From Bispira polyomma (taxonomy: Eukaryota): a stretch of 64,000 nucleotides of DNA. The DNA is taken from assembly GCA_965649765.1 (NCBI GenBank), contig OZ287748.1, positions 34,286,001-34,350,000 of the forward strand, given 5' to 3'. A program made the translations under genes and the position numbers. The notes beneath the pieces were generated by a model. The model ran no database searches and was not told where the DNA came from. It saw only the letters and a program-made list of their open reading frames with translations. Of the stretch, positions 48,871 through 61,718 are shown piece by piece; position 1 is the stretch's first letter, and every line of letters begins with the position of its first letter.

Positions 48871-49320
48871 GTGGGTTTCACATTGCAAACCTGTAGAACC
48901 AATAATAAGTGTGAGATAGACACTCTAAAGTTTGGTCATCTGCATTTTACCTTGAACGAGTGGTCCAAGGTCAAATCTGAGCACATCAAAAGATTCCCAG
49001 CCTATGATTTTCTATAGGTTGGTTTGGCACTCCAAACCTCTGGGACCAATATTAAGTGAGATATAGGAACTTTTAAGTTTAGCCATCCGTATTTGACCTT
49101 GAACGAGGGGCCCAACGTCAAATCGGACCACATCAAAAGATTTCTAGGCCAACATTTTCTATAGGTTGGTTTTTCATCCAAAAGCTTTTTGACCAAAAAT
49201 AAGCGATATATAGACACTTTCAGTTTGGCTATCCCTGTTTGACCTTGAAGGAGAGGCCCAAGGTCAAATCTGAACACATCAAAATATTCCTTGATCATGA
49301 TTTCCTATAGTTTGGTTTTA
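48871..49320. repeat. 147-bp tandem repeat (~3 copies, plus a partial copy at ~49597-49650)
   Basis: ACCAA anchors at 48898, 49045 and 49192. Each unit carries an imperfect TTGACCTTG...CAAGGTCAA inverted motif, typical of HINE internal arrays. Confidence 0.85.
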
Positions 49321-51329
49321 GAGGCCGTATTTACTAAAGTTCTTATACTTAGAGTAATTCTGATGCTTAATATAAGAATCATTCTCATACTTAGAATATT
49401 AATCAATTTTATACCTAGGAAATTTTGCATATAAATACATAATCTTTTTTTAAATTTAAGTAAGGTCTTGACCATTCTTAGAATCAAAGCTCATTTTTAG
49501 AAAATAAAATAAAAAATAAAAAAAAATTCTAAGTATAAGAAAATTTCTAAAAATAATTCTAAGTATAATAACTTTAGTGAATACTGCCCTAGATCCCAAA
49601 CCTCTAGGACCAATATTAAGCGAGATATAGGCATTTTAAAGTTTGGCCCAAATCGGTCACCTGGCGTACTTTGGCACTCTATTGATGACCTGGAATGAGG
49701 ATAGTCAAGGTCAAGTGTGTGCATGCTTATACAGCAGATATATATCCTTTATATATATCACCCATAAAGAGATTTAACCTTCTACAGCTGAGAAACAGAC
49801 ACAGTTAAAAGCCTGATTATTTTCAAGAAAATATTGTGGCGGCCATCTTGTTTTTCAAAAAGAATCTCCACACACACTGATGCGGTGGCATAACAAAGCG
49901 TAATCAAATGTGTTAACCGGATTTTCCTGGTGAATACAATTAGCTTTAAAATCCTATTTAGAAAGGTGTAAAAATCGAGTTTTATTTACCAGAATATGAG
50001 ATGAGAGGAACTTTGTAATTATGATCCAATGTTTAAATGATCTATTAACTAATTAATATGCATTTTACAATGTCTCAGGGCCAAACAACCCTTTTTGTCT
50101 TGGTCGATCTATTTGTTACACTTCAGTGGTTTTAGATTTACTACATTTGTAATTATTACGTTTGTGGTTTCTCGAATTGTTACATTAGTGGCTATAACTT
50201 TTTTTGAGATTACTACATTTGTTGTGGGACATTGCTACATTTGTAATTATAGCTATAAATGTGGTTGGAAATTGTTACATTTGTGGTTATAACTACATTT
50301 GTAGTTTTCGTTACATTTATGGTTGCCACAGACGTGCTTGCTAAGTGAAAGGTCAACTCACCTTTGAACCTATATTGGAGGCAGTTTTCTCGTTGGCTGG
50401 TTAAAGATATATATATGTATATATATATATCAATTAAAAGAAATGTAAAACGAAAATAGAAGATGCACCTAAATATGGGGAAATGCTCCATAATTTAAGA
50501 TATATACTTGGGAGTATCTACAATATAATTCATTTTATCTCCACGGATTTGCAAATACCTTCAAAGTTGTTTATATTCGTAATATCTTACAATATGACGC
50601 GGTTCATTGTTTTAAATATTCTGCAAATATAACAATGGTCGTACCAACAGACATTGACCCTCAACAATCAAGATGAAGTTGTAGGTAAACAAAGCAACTT
50701 TTGTGAGCTACCGAAAGATATAAAATATGTTATTTCACAGTTATTAATCTAAATAATGGCTTCATATTTTGACAGAAGATGCAAAAGTATTTATTCTTTG
50801 TAAAAATATTTAATTTATTGTTGAAGGGTGACATTTTCATAGAAATTTTGTAAAACTTGCAGCTCGACAGATCGACGAAATAATGTCACCAACATATTGT
50901 ATCACTTGACTATACACTAGCTAAAATCAAAATAAAATAAAGATTCTACTCATTCTACTGTCAACAAAACTATCCTGTAGCAATGGTGGACTGTAATGAA
51001 GTTGTCAAAATACAACATAAAATAGCGTTTGTTATTGTTTAATTAGGGTTAGCGATAATATAAGATGTTTTTGTAATATAAGATTACAAACAAGTTGGGC
51101 AATAAAACTCCATCTTTTCAATCAGTGACTAGCTCACTATTTTCGTATTCTTCAGTAACTTGCTTTACCATTGTCATTTGGTCACTTCATTCTTGTTCTT
51201 ATTTTGTACTTGTGTGTGCACTCATATTCCATATTCTCACATCGCCAATACTCGGATTGTAGTAGTTTGCAAAGTTCATAAGAATACACAAATAGAGCAC
51301 GCAGAAAAGGTTAAAGAAAATGTACACTT

Positions 51330-51560
51330 CATCTTTAGTTCAACTGAGCTTGCAACAACAATGAAGTATTGTATCTGTTACAGGCAGTGTATTGATAGAG
51401 GAAAGCGGTACAGGGTAGTTGATCAAGGTTTTCTACACTGCAAATACTGCCTTCAGCAAGTGTACTGCCAAATTTCCGACATGCATGCCATGGCTGAGAA
51501 TCGGACCCTGACTGCAGACATTAAAGGCGAGAGTGTTACCTCCACAACACTGAGGCCCCT
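51330..51560 (-). mobile_element. SINE family B
   Basis: Minus-strand head GGGGCCTCAGTGTTGTGGAGGTAACACTCTCGCC, GGTCCGATTCTCAGCC B-box and GGAAATTTGGCAGTACACTTG body. Confidence 0.75.
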
Positions 51561-52869
51561 GGAGGTTTTCGTGAACCAAAAACTACCCTGATTGACTATC
51601 ATTAAGACACGTGACTTGTACATAATTAAAACATTAACGCCAAGTAAATAACCCCAACTATAATGTGTACCATAAAACACAACACCAATCAGGTTACAGA
51701 TTAGTAATCACAGTGCAGAGTAACATATTCATTGTTTTAATGGATTTGTGATTTATTTTTTCTAAATTGCTACTCCTATACACATATCAGCAAACTAAAA
51801 AAATATTTTTTTTTTGAAAATTAGCATCAATCATTCTGATTATCATTTAACTACGAATTTGATATGATTAAAATAATGGGTAAAAAAGGGTGATAATATT
51901 ATAAAAAAAATTGAATTTTCTTTTCAAAATTAACGGTTGAAATGGCAAACTTCATGCAATGCTGATTTCAATTAAAAAAATTCAAGCTTCATAGGGCAAC
52001 GTTATAATTAGCATTAGATTTTCATGATTTTTTTTGAAGGGGGAGGGGAACTTAAATGTTTTATATTGAAAAAATGGCCTCATACCACCATCTTTAAGAC
52101 AAGAGAACAGATTCACTGTTGGCTTTAAATCCACCCCCATCCTCACCATTGCTACACAAGCCTTGGCTTGGCTCAGAAATACTCCTTGTTATTTTTATAA
52201 TTCACTGTTACCAATCTTGGCCAACTGTATGTAACAAAAGAGCAACTGTAATTTATTAAAGGCTAAAAATTGATAATTCTGACATAACCTGGCTGTGTCC
52301 ACGATTCGAATTGGCTCACCGCTACGATGAAAATAACCTTATATACATGACCGGAAGTAGACTTATTTCGTCTGCAGTGTCTGCAGTGTACTCGTCTACT
52401 TTTGAAGGGTATAGAAACACTCCGGCTTTGCCTTTATTTTATTTACTACGCCTTCATTCATGACAAAAATTATTGTATGGCATGCTTTGTCATGTGTTAT
52501 CCCTTAAATAATTTTCAACTGATCTTACATACATTACACTAGTGAACTTTTAATGTTTTATTCTGACTCAGATTAAAACACTTGTAGGGTTTTAACCCCA
52601 ACTACAGCCTTGGAAAGACTAATGTGGTAGTTCAAGTGGATGACAAATTAATTCTAACGACAAGACAATCTCAGAACAGTGTAGCCTGTCCATTTTAATT
52701 TGGCTCTAGCTAGACAGCGAAGATTAAATGTTAGAGTTTTGGGGAGAGGCAGTGACTAATTCTCTGTCACTGGCCAGAAGCTTTGTTGAAACACCAATTC
52801 ATAAGAAAGCTGTTGAAGCTGGGGCGACAATAGTTGGGAGTTCATTTTGATGGCCACTTAGTTGGGAAG

Positions 52870-52871
<2 letters not shown>

Positions 52872-52936
<65 letters not shown>

Positions 52937-52940
52937 GGGG
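52872..52940. repeat. Compound microsatellite (GT)n(GA)n(G)n
   Basis: Directly visible in the sequence. Confidence 0.95.
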
Positions 52941-55129
52941 CTTGAGGCAGCAATAAGCATTTATCTCTTTTAAATGAGAATATATGAGGATATGCTGGGG
53001 GTGGATGGGGTAAAAGTAAATTGACGTAACAAAAGACGTAGATATTTGACTTTTTAGTGTGTGCGTTTTAATATCCACGATCAGTTTAAAAGGTAGAAAT
53101 TTCTTCCTCTTTTATTTTTTTAAATGATCAGTATTTGACCTTACAACATCAAAAAGAATTTATAAACACTGACATATTTAGGCTTCTGTGCCCTGTTGGT
53201 CAGGGAGTTGATCTGGTGTTCAGAATGTCCCCGGTTTATCTTACAGAGGGGTATAGTTCATCTGGTGATTAGAAGGGTCCCCAGTTCGACTCCTGCTTAT
53301 GCCGCTAGGTCCATTGGTTTAAAGTTTTTATAAAATTCTCCTTTCACTCAAAAATTAATTAGATTAATCCATTAAAATAACAAGCTAAAACTTGCAATAC
53401 CATCAAAAATCTTCCAGACGTTTAGTAGTATGTTCATGCTTTATCAGAACTGTACAATTCTTAAATTTTTCCAAACAATATGGGACATCTCTGACTAGAA
53501 TTCGTCCCCTTTAAAAAGATGATAAAAACTACTCATTAAAAAAGGTCTCAGCTCGAGAATTCTCCCTGTGCTTTTTTTTTCAAAAAATATATATTGGGGT
53601 GCAAAACAGGGTGCTTTTGTTGTTTATTCTATCAATTAAACTAACCAGTGGAGTGTATCAAATCATTCCATGTCTCTGGATCTTGTCGCCAGAGTTTCTG
53701 GGGACGTTTACAAAAACACGGCAATCCCGATCCTGAATAATGGATAAGCCACTCTTTTCAGAAACAAGACAGTCCTTTAATTCAATGGGCCTCCCTTCAG
53801 TGTGTGGGGGATCCTGTTTGTTTTGCTCCATGAAAATGCGAAATTGAAAATGCTGAATAAAGGTGTTGGATATATAGGGGTCGGTTACGTTCAACGGGGA
53901 GTGGAGTGGCTTTTCAAGAATAAAAAAGAACCTGGCCATTTTTTTAATAGGATGATATACATGCACATGAATTCAGTCTAAACTTAGGGATTTACTGACT
54001 GAAAGTGTTACCTGAAACTAAATATTTTATTATTCCATAGGTTACTCGATGATTTTGTGTATTATGAGCCAGCTATATGCTAACTTATATATTTATATAT
54101 ATCTTATATTTAATATGGAGTGTGTTTCACAGAAAAATGTAAACAGTAAAAGGAGTCACTACAAAGGAACAGATTGACTAGAAATGGGTCCTATAAAAAT
54201 CAAAAATAAGTTACTTAATAATATAACAACCTTATTATAACAGTATATGTAGTTATTATACATTTAACCAGGCAATAAACCGTTAACAATAAACTACAAT
54301 AAAATGACATTTGGCAGAACAGTCATTTATTTATAAGTCATTAAAGTTTAAAGTAGTTAAAGTATTTAAGGTTCACTCTCAACCTATTGATGTTTCAAAG
54401 CTCTAGGTTAAGAAATAATGACCAATATTTCATGAAAACAACTCATCCTCGACTCGGAATTTGAAAACCAAAACATGTTGAAATATTTGATCAAACATAT
54501 GTTACCCTTAATAAGTTCTGACTTCACTAAATATATAACAGCTACATGGCTACAGTCTAAGGTTCCATCTCTTTAACAGGAGTTTACAGGGAAAGAAATA
54601 TTATGGTGAGTTTAAGTAAAAGTTAAAACTGAGAGAATGTATCAAAAACTCTTGGTTTGAGACCAAACAAGCAATAGAAGAGAGAATAGTCTTGTCAAGA
54701 CCCTAGTTTTTGGTTTTGTAATTATGCTTTTAACATCCTGGTGTGCCTGGATGAACACCTGGGCTGGTATTTATAAAAATTATTTAGCTTAATTTTGTTT
54801 TGTCTTAAGCAATTTGATTGGTTGAAAATATTTTTTAAAGAATATGATTAGTTAAGACTAAGAAAATTTTAAGAACTGAATTCTTAAAATGTTTGTGAAT
54901 AAAATATTATAAAGTATCTACTTTATTAATTAGTTATGGTGAGTGACATGGAATTTCAAAAGAAACAAACCTAGAATATTATAACTGCACAGCACCAGTG
55001 GGCTTATAAGTCACTTCAATTAGCAAAAATACATAAATAGTTCTTAATAAAACATAATAAACTCCAGTCCATGTTTTGGTCAGTTGTGGGATAGAAAACA
55101 CTGAATGTAGACATAGAATGGTTTCTCAT

Positions 55130-55300
55130 TGCCTAGTGGTTAGGAAGTTGGTCAGGTGACCACAAGGACCCTAGTTCCAATGTGTCGGTTGGAGAGTTGG
55201 TCTGGTAATTAAAAAGGTCCTTAGTTTGACTCCTGGTAATATCATAATGGTTATTGGGGTTTACATCCTTGTCAAGTTGGTAATACTAATGCTTATTGAT
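55130..55300 (+). mobile_element. tRNA-derived SINE fragment with a duplicated head; related pieces at 53190-53310 (+) and 45620-45700 (-)
   Basis: GCCTAGTGGTTAGGAAGTTGGTC...AGTTTGACTCCTG, similar to the other two loci. Confidence 0.55.
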
Positions 55301-55603
55301 GACGACCAATTGGCTACTTTTTTATGATCATGGTTAATGGTTTATTGATTCTGACGTTGAAAAATTAAAAAATATTTTTTTAGTAACCTACAAAGCACTG
55401 CAAGGATGCACTGCTGGTTATCTAATGATAGTCTATCATTTATGCTGAGGTACATATCTTTTTTCAGCACCTTCAACATGGTGTAGGGAAGGAGTTTTAT
55501 AACTCTCTATTATTATTATTGAGAAGATGTTTTAGAAGATCCACCATACAATCCAACAGAATGGGTTTTTTCTACAATCTTAGCATATACTTTATATGAT
55601 AAA

Positions 55604-55814
55604 AACCAGAGTTGTGTTTTGAAAAAATACATAGTGTGAAATATACTAACGTTGAAATGGCCACTATATACTCAAACCCGCTTGGCATACCTACAAATAT
55701 TAATCTGACACCCCTCAGTTTGGATGCAACGAATAATTTTAACCAATCCATGAAGGCCTTAGATATTATTTTTTAAGATGGAAACAATGAAAACAATAGC
55801 TACGCCTGATAAAA
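55604..55814 (-). mobile_element. Helentron/HINE-like element, family 1
   Basis: Aligns with 8059-8304 (ATAGTGTGAAATA..AACGTTGA.ATGGCCACTATATACTCA...ACCAATCCA...CGCCTGATAAAA). Confidence 0.75.
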
Positions 55815-57309
55815 GATTGAGCCTTGAACAAGGCGAGAGAGGCAGAGATGCAAGGTGATCACTCCGTCCCATATGACAACCAATTTTCCCCGCCAGGTTA
55901 TTAAAAAGCCGCCGACAGAATGGGGTGGCTTTGGATAAACAAACCCGTTGTGTCTTTATACCCAGTAAAAATATGCTACAGCTCATCTCGACACGCTTCA
56001 TTGGCTATCTACACGTTGACAATGAATAGAGGCTCCCACATAATGAGTCCCCACTACAAGGGAGGCGGCTGGCTTTTTTTCTTTAACTGCTACAGTAAAG
56101 TACTGAAAAATTGTGGACAACTGCAATAAGAGTTGCTATATGATAAATACCAGGAAAGACTTGGCAGTATGTTGTTGCAGATATGTACAGTTCATTCACC
56201 TATTCTCATTATCTGCATTTCTGCTAAGATACTACAAACAATAAAGGATTTCCTGGTTTATGTTTCACATGTGGTCTCAAGAAAATATTTAAATTAAATA
56301 AATCCACTAGCAAATAATAAGGTGTAAATGTATAAAAATCAGAATTATTTATTTTATTTTTTTTTTTTTTTCTATTTCAAAGCTAAAGTATATTTTAGAA
56401 AAATACAATTCTTTTAACTGTTGACAGATTGGTCTGACAAAAACTTAATCTCCAGTTGAAATGTAAGAATTATTTCATCCATTCGAGACGGCAAATAATA
56501 TAGATGACATGTTTAAAAAAACCTTGAAAATAAATGACACTGAACAAAATCAAAATGCAAAATGACTGTCAAGGAATAAAACCATAGTATTCAAAGTTTA
56601 ACACAATGCAATTACTTCACCTCAGGCTATTCCTTATATGTCAAAGAATAACTTTTCACAAGTCTTAGCAAGAAAATTATTATGATCTTTAAAACTGGCT
56701 ACACAATGATATAAATAATAAGATGTCATGAACTTGAATGCTGCTACTAATTTGTACAGGCTGACGATATTATTGTAATAGCTAAGGTAAAGGTATTTTG
56801 GTAGAAGGGCAGAATTTAGGTATTTTACTAGATACAAGTGATTTCCATATGGCTGCCAGGCTGGTTTTATTTTCTCTACCTTATCGTATTTTATAAACAG
56901 ACGTTAGATCTTCAAACAAAGACAACATATGCTTGAAAAATTAAAACTCAATGAAATTAATACCCTACTAGATTTTTAAATATGATTTTTATTACAGCTT
57001 ACAACAAGCTTGTCATCTTTAATGGTAAACTTAGTAATATGACTTCAATGGTGTCACTTCAGATTACATTTAAATAATCAGATTTATGTTACATTGTGAA
57101 TATGCTATACTGATTATCTTCATAATACAGATATACCATGATCTTACTTTAAAATCATATCATCACAGATGCTCTGTAACAAGTACCTTTTTGCCTTTTT
57201 ATGTGGCCTTTTGTGCACTGATTTTGAGCTTTATTGTTTGTCATTTGTTGCCTCTATTTGCACTGTAAACCATTCAACCTGTACAAAATACCTGGTATAC
57301 CTTCTGCCT

Positions 57310-57495
57310 TGATGGTGTAGAGATAGCATTTTTACCTCCCATCTCCACAGTCATGAGTTCGAATCTCAGCCACGTAATGTATATTTTGGAAAGTTGACAG
57401 TGGACTTTCTGGAGGCCGGTGGTTTGCAGTTCAGCAATGTTAATGTCAAACTTCTATGGTGCTACAATCAGTGTATGGCGTTAAAGACTCCAGAA
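57310..57495 (+). mobile_element. SINE family B
   Basis: GATGGTGTAGAGATAG head, GAGTTCGAATCTC B-box, GGAAAGTTGACAGT body and GGCGTTAAA tail. Confidence 0.7.
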
Positions 57496-60423
57496 CCTGC
57501 TTGTTTGTTTTTGGTAAAAATAGTCAGGGGTTGAGAGCTGGTTTCTCTAGTGAGATTGCTAATACATATCATAGATGCTAAGTAATTTGAATATGAATAT
57601 ACTTTAATATAATATGGAACTGTCAGCAAGTGGTGCTTTTGAAAAAAGATGTGTTATATGCGAATGTGAGAATACTTGATACACACAATTCTGCAGAGAA
57701 TTGCAATAGTAAAGTCAGCTTGCAACCTAGGCATTTATAACTGCAATTATATTTCAAATGTGAGGTGGCAATGAATCTTGCAAAAGTCAAAGATTATATT
57801 ATAGTAGAATCAACAGATGAAGTAAGGGCCCAAGATGAAGTAAGGGCCCAAGCACTGAGTCTGGTGGAATATACCCAAGGGGGAGACCACTTAGCTATGC
57901 CAACCCTGATAATTTGGTCATAATAGGCTAAGTATCATTTAAATTTGAATATAGTTGAGTTTTAAGTTGTTTAAGATGAAGTTGCTTACAGTTTAAGTCA
58001 TATCGTGACAGCACGATTTAAAGGTGGAAGGAATTGTATGGTAATGAATCTTTGACCGAATACGCTGTCCTGCTTTCCCGCACTAATCAACTCATTCTCG
58101 TGATTTATAACAGTACTTGTCTGAATAAGTCCGTATTGTATCATTGCCTTGCTGATATTTAATTGTAAGGTGTGATATGTTTAAAAATATTTCACACCAC
58201 TAAAGCAGGTTCTGTATTGAGGTCATAATAAGTTGGAATTTTATGTAACTGTAATTTGGCGGAGCTTGTTGCAATTTGGCATAGAAATTTAACAAGCACC
58301 TAAAAGTTAAATGATATTTTTGAGCCAAAATTGTGAAAACATTGTTGCCATAGAAATGTATAAATTATAGAATGAAATTTTATTTAAAACATTGTTAAAA
58401 GTCCAAACATAGTATGTTCTTTATAGCAAATTCTAATGCCAGACACTTTACATAATCGAAATGTTCTGCCTCTTTTTAGAGTTGGACAATCTTATAGATA
58501 GCTTTATTTTGGTTGCATGTTTGAAGACAATTTAGAAAAATACCTTCTTGGGACTAAAGCTAATAAGTTAACTAAGGCAACCAACTTTAGGTCAATGTAT
58601 TTCCAAAAAATCACAAGAATCTGCATTGTATTTATTAAACTTTTTGGTGAACCATGTCATGTATTTGTTCAATTTTTGCAATTTTCATCAAATTGTGGTT
58701 ATGTATTGGGATGATTTTTTTTTTGTGCCATGTGATACAAAGAGCATTCATTTAATTTGAACAAATTTACAGGTTATAAAAACTTACCGAAACATTAAAA
58801 AAAATTATTTACTGTAAATTATGTTTAACATGATGGAAAACTATGAACATAATATATCATTCTACAAATTGTGACCGGCTTTATTTAATTAACTAAATGT
58901 AGGTTGGTCCATACTTGTGTCAGGACTATTTTTCAGAACAGCTAAATTCCACTGGTGCATCATCATCAGGTTACATTGTCATCTATTTCGCCCTACTTCA
59001 GATAAGATCAAGATAATAAAGAGGTTTACAAGAATATCTGTTCTTAAGCATTAATTGTTGATATTAAAATTTTGTTCCTATCCATTGATGTATCTGTAGA
59101 TTACAATTCCAGTTAGGAAAAAAAGCTCTCCCTTTCAACCATAATAATTTGTTTATAGTTTCTTGGATTTAATTGTATTAGGTGTTTAGGTGGTATACAT
59201 GTCATTATTAGTATATAGTTGTATAACTCATGCCATGTTGTGATGTCATTGAGTATCCACTTTGCACCCTCGCCATGTTCACTTCGGCTCTGGTGTCAAG
59301 GGTGACCTGCCAAATAATATGAAAATTTGAGTTTACGTCAACAACCTCTCAAGAGAGTACGTACATTGATCATGTGGGTTGCTCTTTAAATGTCTCCCTT
59401 GGTACCTTTAAGTTATAGACCACCTTCGTGATTGATTTAAAAATGTCTTAACAATGTGTAATATACTAAAAGAAAAATCCAAAATTTAAAAACAATTCTT
59501 ACCCAAAGGCTGTAATTTTTACATTACATTAAATTTGATGAAGTATCTTTGGAGTAAAAATACTTGGATTTTTTTTACCTACTCACCTTTCTTACTTACT
59601 ACCTTATTTTTAATATCACTTATTTTAACAGATTATCAATATTTAATTTCTTGTTGTGTAAAGATGCTCTAGAGCAAACGAACAAAAAAATCACTGTAGT
59701 GATTTAAGTTTTTTTGATAAGTTTAAGTCTTGCATAAGAATTCCTATATATATCTGGTAGGCTGGTAAAATGACAAACAAAAATGAATGGGGCATATATT
59801 TTTTTATTACTAATGCTCAAATACAGACACGAACTCCCCAAAAAAATCTGTAGCTTTGATTCCATATCCTCCCATGTCCCGTCTGTCCATCTATAAACAC
59901 TGACAAAAGACAAGGAGTGCAACATTAGAGGGTATGAAATTTTAATTCCTTGTAATATCTCTCTGGGTTGAACAAACCCAGTCAGCTGTGAAGGTAGAAC
60001 AAAAGCCTGAGAGAGGGCACAAAAGAGGCTATTGAGAAAGCTACCTGGGAAGTACACTCACATAAAAACACAAACAGGGTGGACTAATGAAATTTTAAAC
60101 ACAAATTCAGGATTTTCTTTCTGTCTTTCATGCCTACAATTATAGAGAGGCAGGTACATGGGGTGGGGTGAGGGAGGGGAGATATAAAGATACTAGATAG
60201 CCTAGCTGGTTTTGGAATTGTTATAGCTTGTTGTTCAGAGGCAACTATAGATCAAAAAAGGAATAGAGGGGGGTGGGGGAGAGGGTTCAGGTACAGGAGA
60301 GGGGGAGGGGGTCCTATTATTTAGAGTCATCTATGCAGACATAAAGCCTCTGCTGTTTGGATTGATGTTGTCTGCAGGTTTTTATTAGCTTTTAATTAGA
60401 AAATGTGTCTGTACAAGATTTAA

Positions 60424-60565
60424 AGGGGCCACAGACCCTTTCACCAATGTGGGTTCAAATTCTGTTTGCTCCTTCATGTGCTTTAGCACTGGTTTACCCT
60501 CAACATTGAATCTGGCCCTCGTGATATGACCTATACTGTTGTAACAGATGTAAATCCAAGCTAAA
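60424..60565 (+). mobile_element. SINE family A (deleted copy)
   Basis: TCACCAATGTGGGTTCAAAT...CTTCATGTG...CGTGATATGACC...GATGTAAATCC. Confidence 0.7.
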
Positions 60566-61019
60566 TTCTAAAATTAATCCAATACTTAGCTATATATGTA
60601 GAGTTGCCCCATGATTTTGTCGGGCATGTACAAACACAGACCACGTACCTTATAGTAGTCTCCCCTTCCCTGAATAATCTTAGGGGATTTACAGATACTG
60701 CTGACCAGACCATCTCCAGTCATTTAGAGCTGCTTAGCTATAACCTCTCCAAGAACCCTTGCTATGCCTCATTTAATCTGCCCTCTATTCTGTTGTTACA
60801 TATTTTAGAAACTAAATTGAAATTTTATTTGTACAAGTTTGAATTTGGTGGATTAATGTATGTATTTCTTTTTAGTTTTTACATAAACATCCCTTTAAAA
60901 CTGTGTGGACAGGCTATGGTGACCACTGTGGTTGTAAGAGTCTTCTTCTATAAGCCACCAGCCTCTCATTTCTGAGGACAATTAGATTGAATCAGACTGC
61001 TTTTTTCACATATGAATTA

Positions 61020-61385
61020 TAATTTATCAGACTTCTACGTCCCTTTCAACAGTTTTAGCCATATTGCAACAGCCAGGTTTAGTGGTGTGAAAAACAATAC
61101 GATCTATGGCAAGTACCCGACAAACTTTTTCAAATGAGGAAAGAGCCTGTGGGATTCGATCCCTTTCACATGGGAAAGTTTGCCAATAACTTGCTGTAGG
61201 TCAGTGCGTTCCGGATCAAATAGCATTGGCTTCCTGTACCAGAACAAATCTGGTTGGCATAATATGACCAAATGTATTTTAAGTTATGTGGAGAAAAGCA
61301 GTACATGTTTTTAGTTGGTCAAGGTTTTGCACTGTAAACAAACTGGCTTTCAAAAAATGTATCAATACTATCCCACAACCCCGCC
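61020..61385. mobile_element. Cluster of SINE fragments in opposite orientations
   Basis: A minus-strand copy (ACGTCCCTTTCAACAG...GGGATTCGA) is fused to a plus-strand body (CATGGGAAAGTTTGCC...), followed by a family-B fragment. Confidence 0.65.
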
Positions 61386-61479
61386 CCAAACCTTTTTTAG
61401 CATGCCAGGCCTCTTTTAAGGAGCTAAATTATTGAGAGTAAGGTAAAAGAGATAGTCCTACTTCACATCATTTGTTCTC

Positions 61480-61718
61480 AGGTGGCCTAGCGGTTAGGAA
61501 GGTGAATTTGAATTTCTACCCGTGCTGCTACATTCTGCGTATCAAAGACTAACACCCATAAGTGGCCAGGTACACATTTATACACCCGGGTAGAGAGGGA
61601 CAACGTTGTGTAAAACACCTTGTCCAAGGGTACAATTTTCAGGCCTGCAGCAAGGATTGACCTTTAGATCTTTCAGATCCAAAGATTGACACTCTAGCTG
61701 CTTGGCCACAGAGACCAC
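61480..61718 (-). mobile_element. CORE-type SINE
   Basis: Minus strand: tRNA-like head GTGGTCTCTGTGGCCAAGC, then CCCTTGGACAAGGTGTTTTACAC...CTCTCTACCCGGGTGTATAAATGTGTACCTG, resembling the CORE domain. Confidence 0.7.

Larger units (their letters stand above)
47545..50374. mobile_element. Foldback-like DNA element with ~265-bp modular TIRs
   Basis: 47545-~47810 is the reverse complement of ~50110-50374 (TATAGGTTCAAAGGTGAGTTGACCTTTCACTTAGCAAGCACGT..., then ACAAATGTA sub-repeats). TATA is present at both ends. Confidence 0.8.

Noticed and set aside
47386-50491. Several 60-106-aa ORFs
   Set aside because: Translations of foldback TIR modules and the 147-bp repeat.
50500-51150. Possible highly degenerate reverse transcriptase remnant on the minus strand (FYFDFS...LQNFYEN)
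   Set aside because: Too many stops and too little motif identity to support without a profile search.
51160-51680. 143-aa and 75-aa ORFs
   Set aside because: They overlap a SINE and show no protein family features.
57815-57852. 18-bp tandem duplication AGATGAAGTAAGGGCCCA x2
   Set aside because: Ordinary slippage duplication with no further structure.
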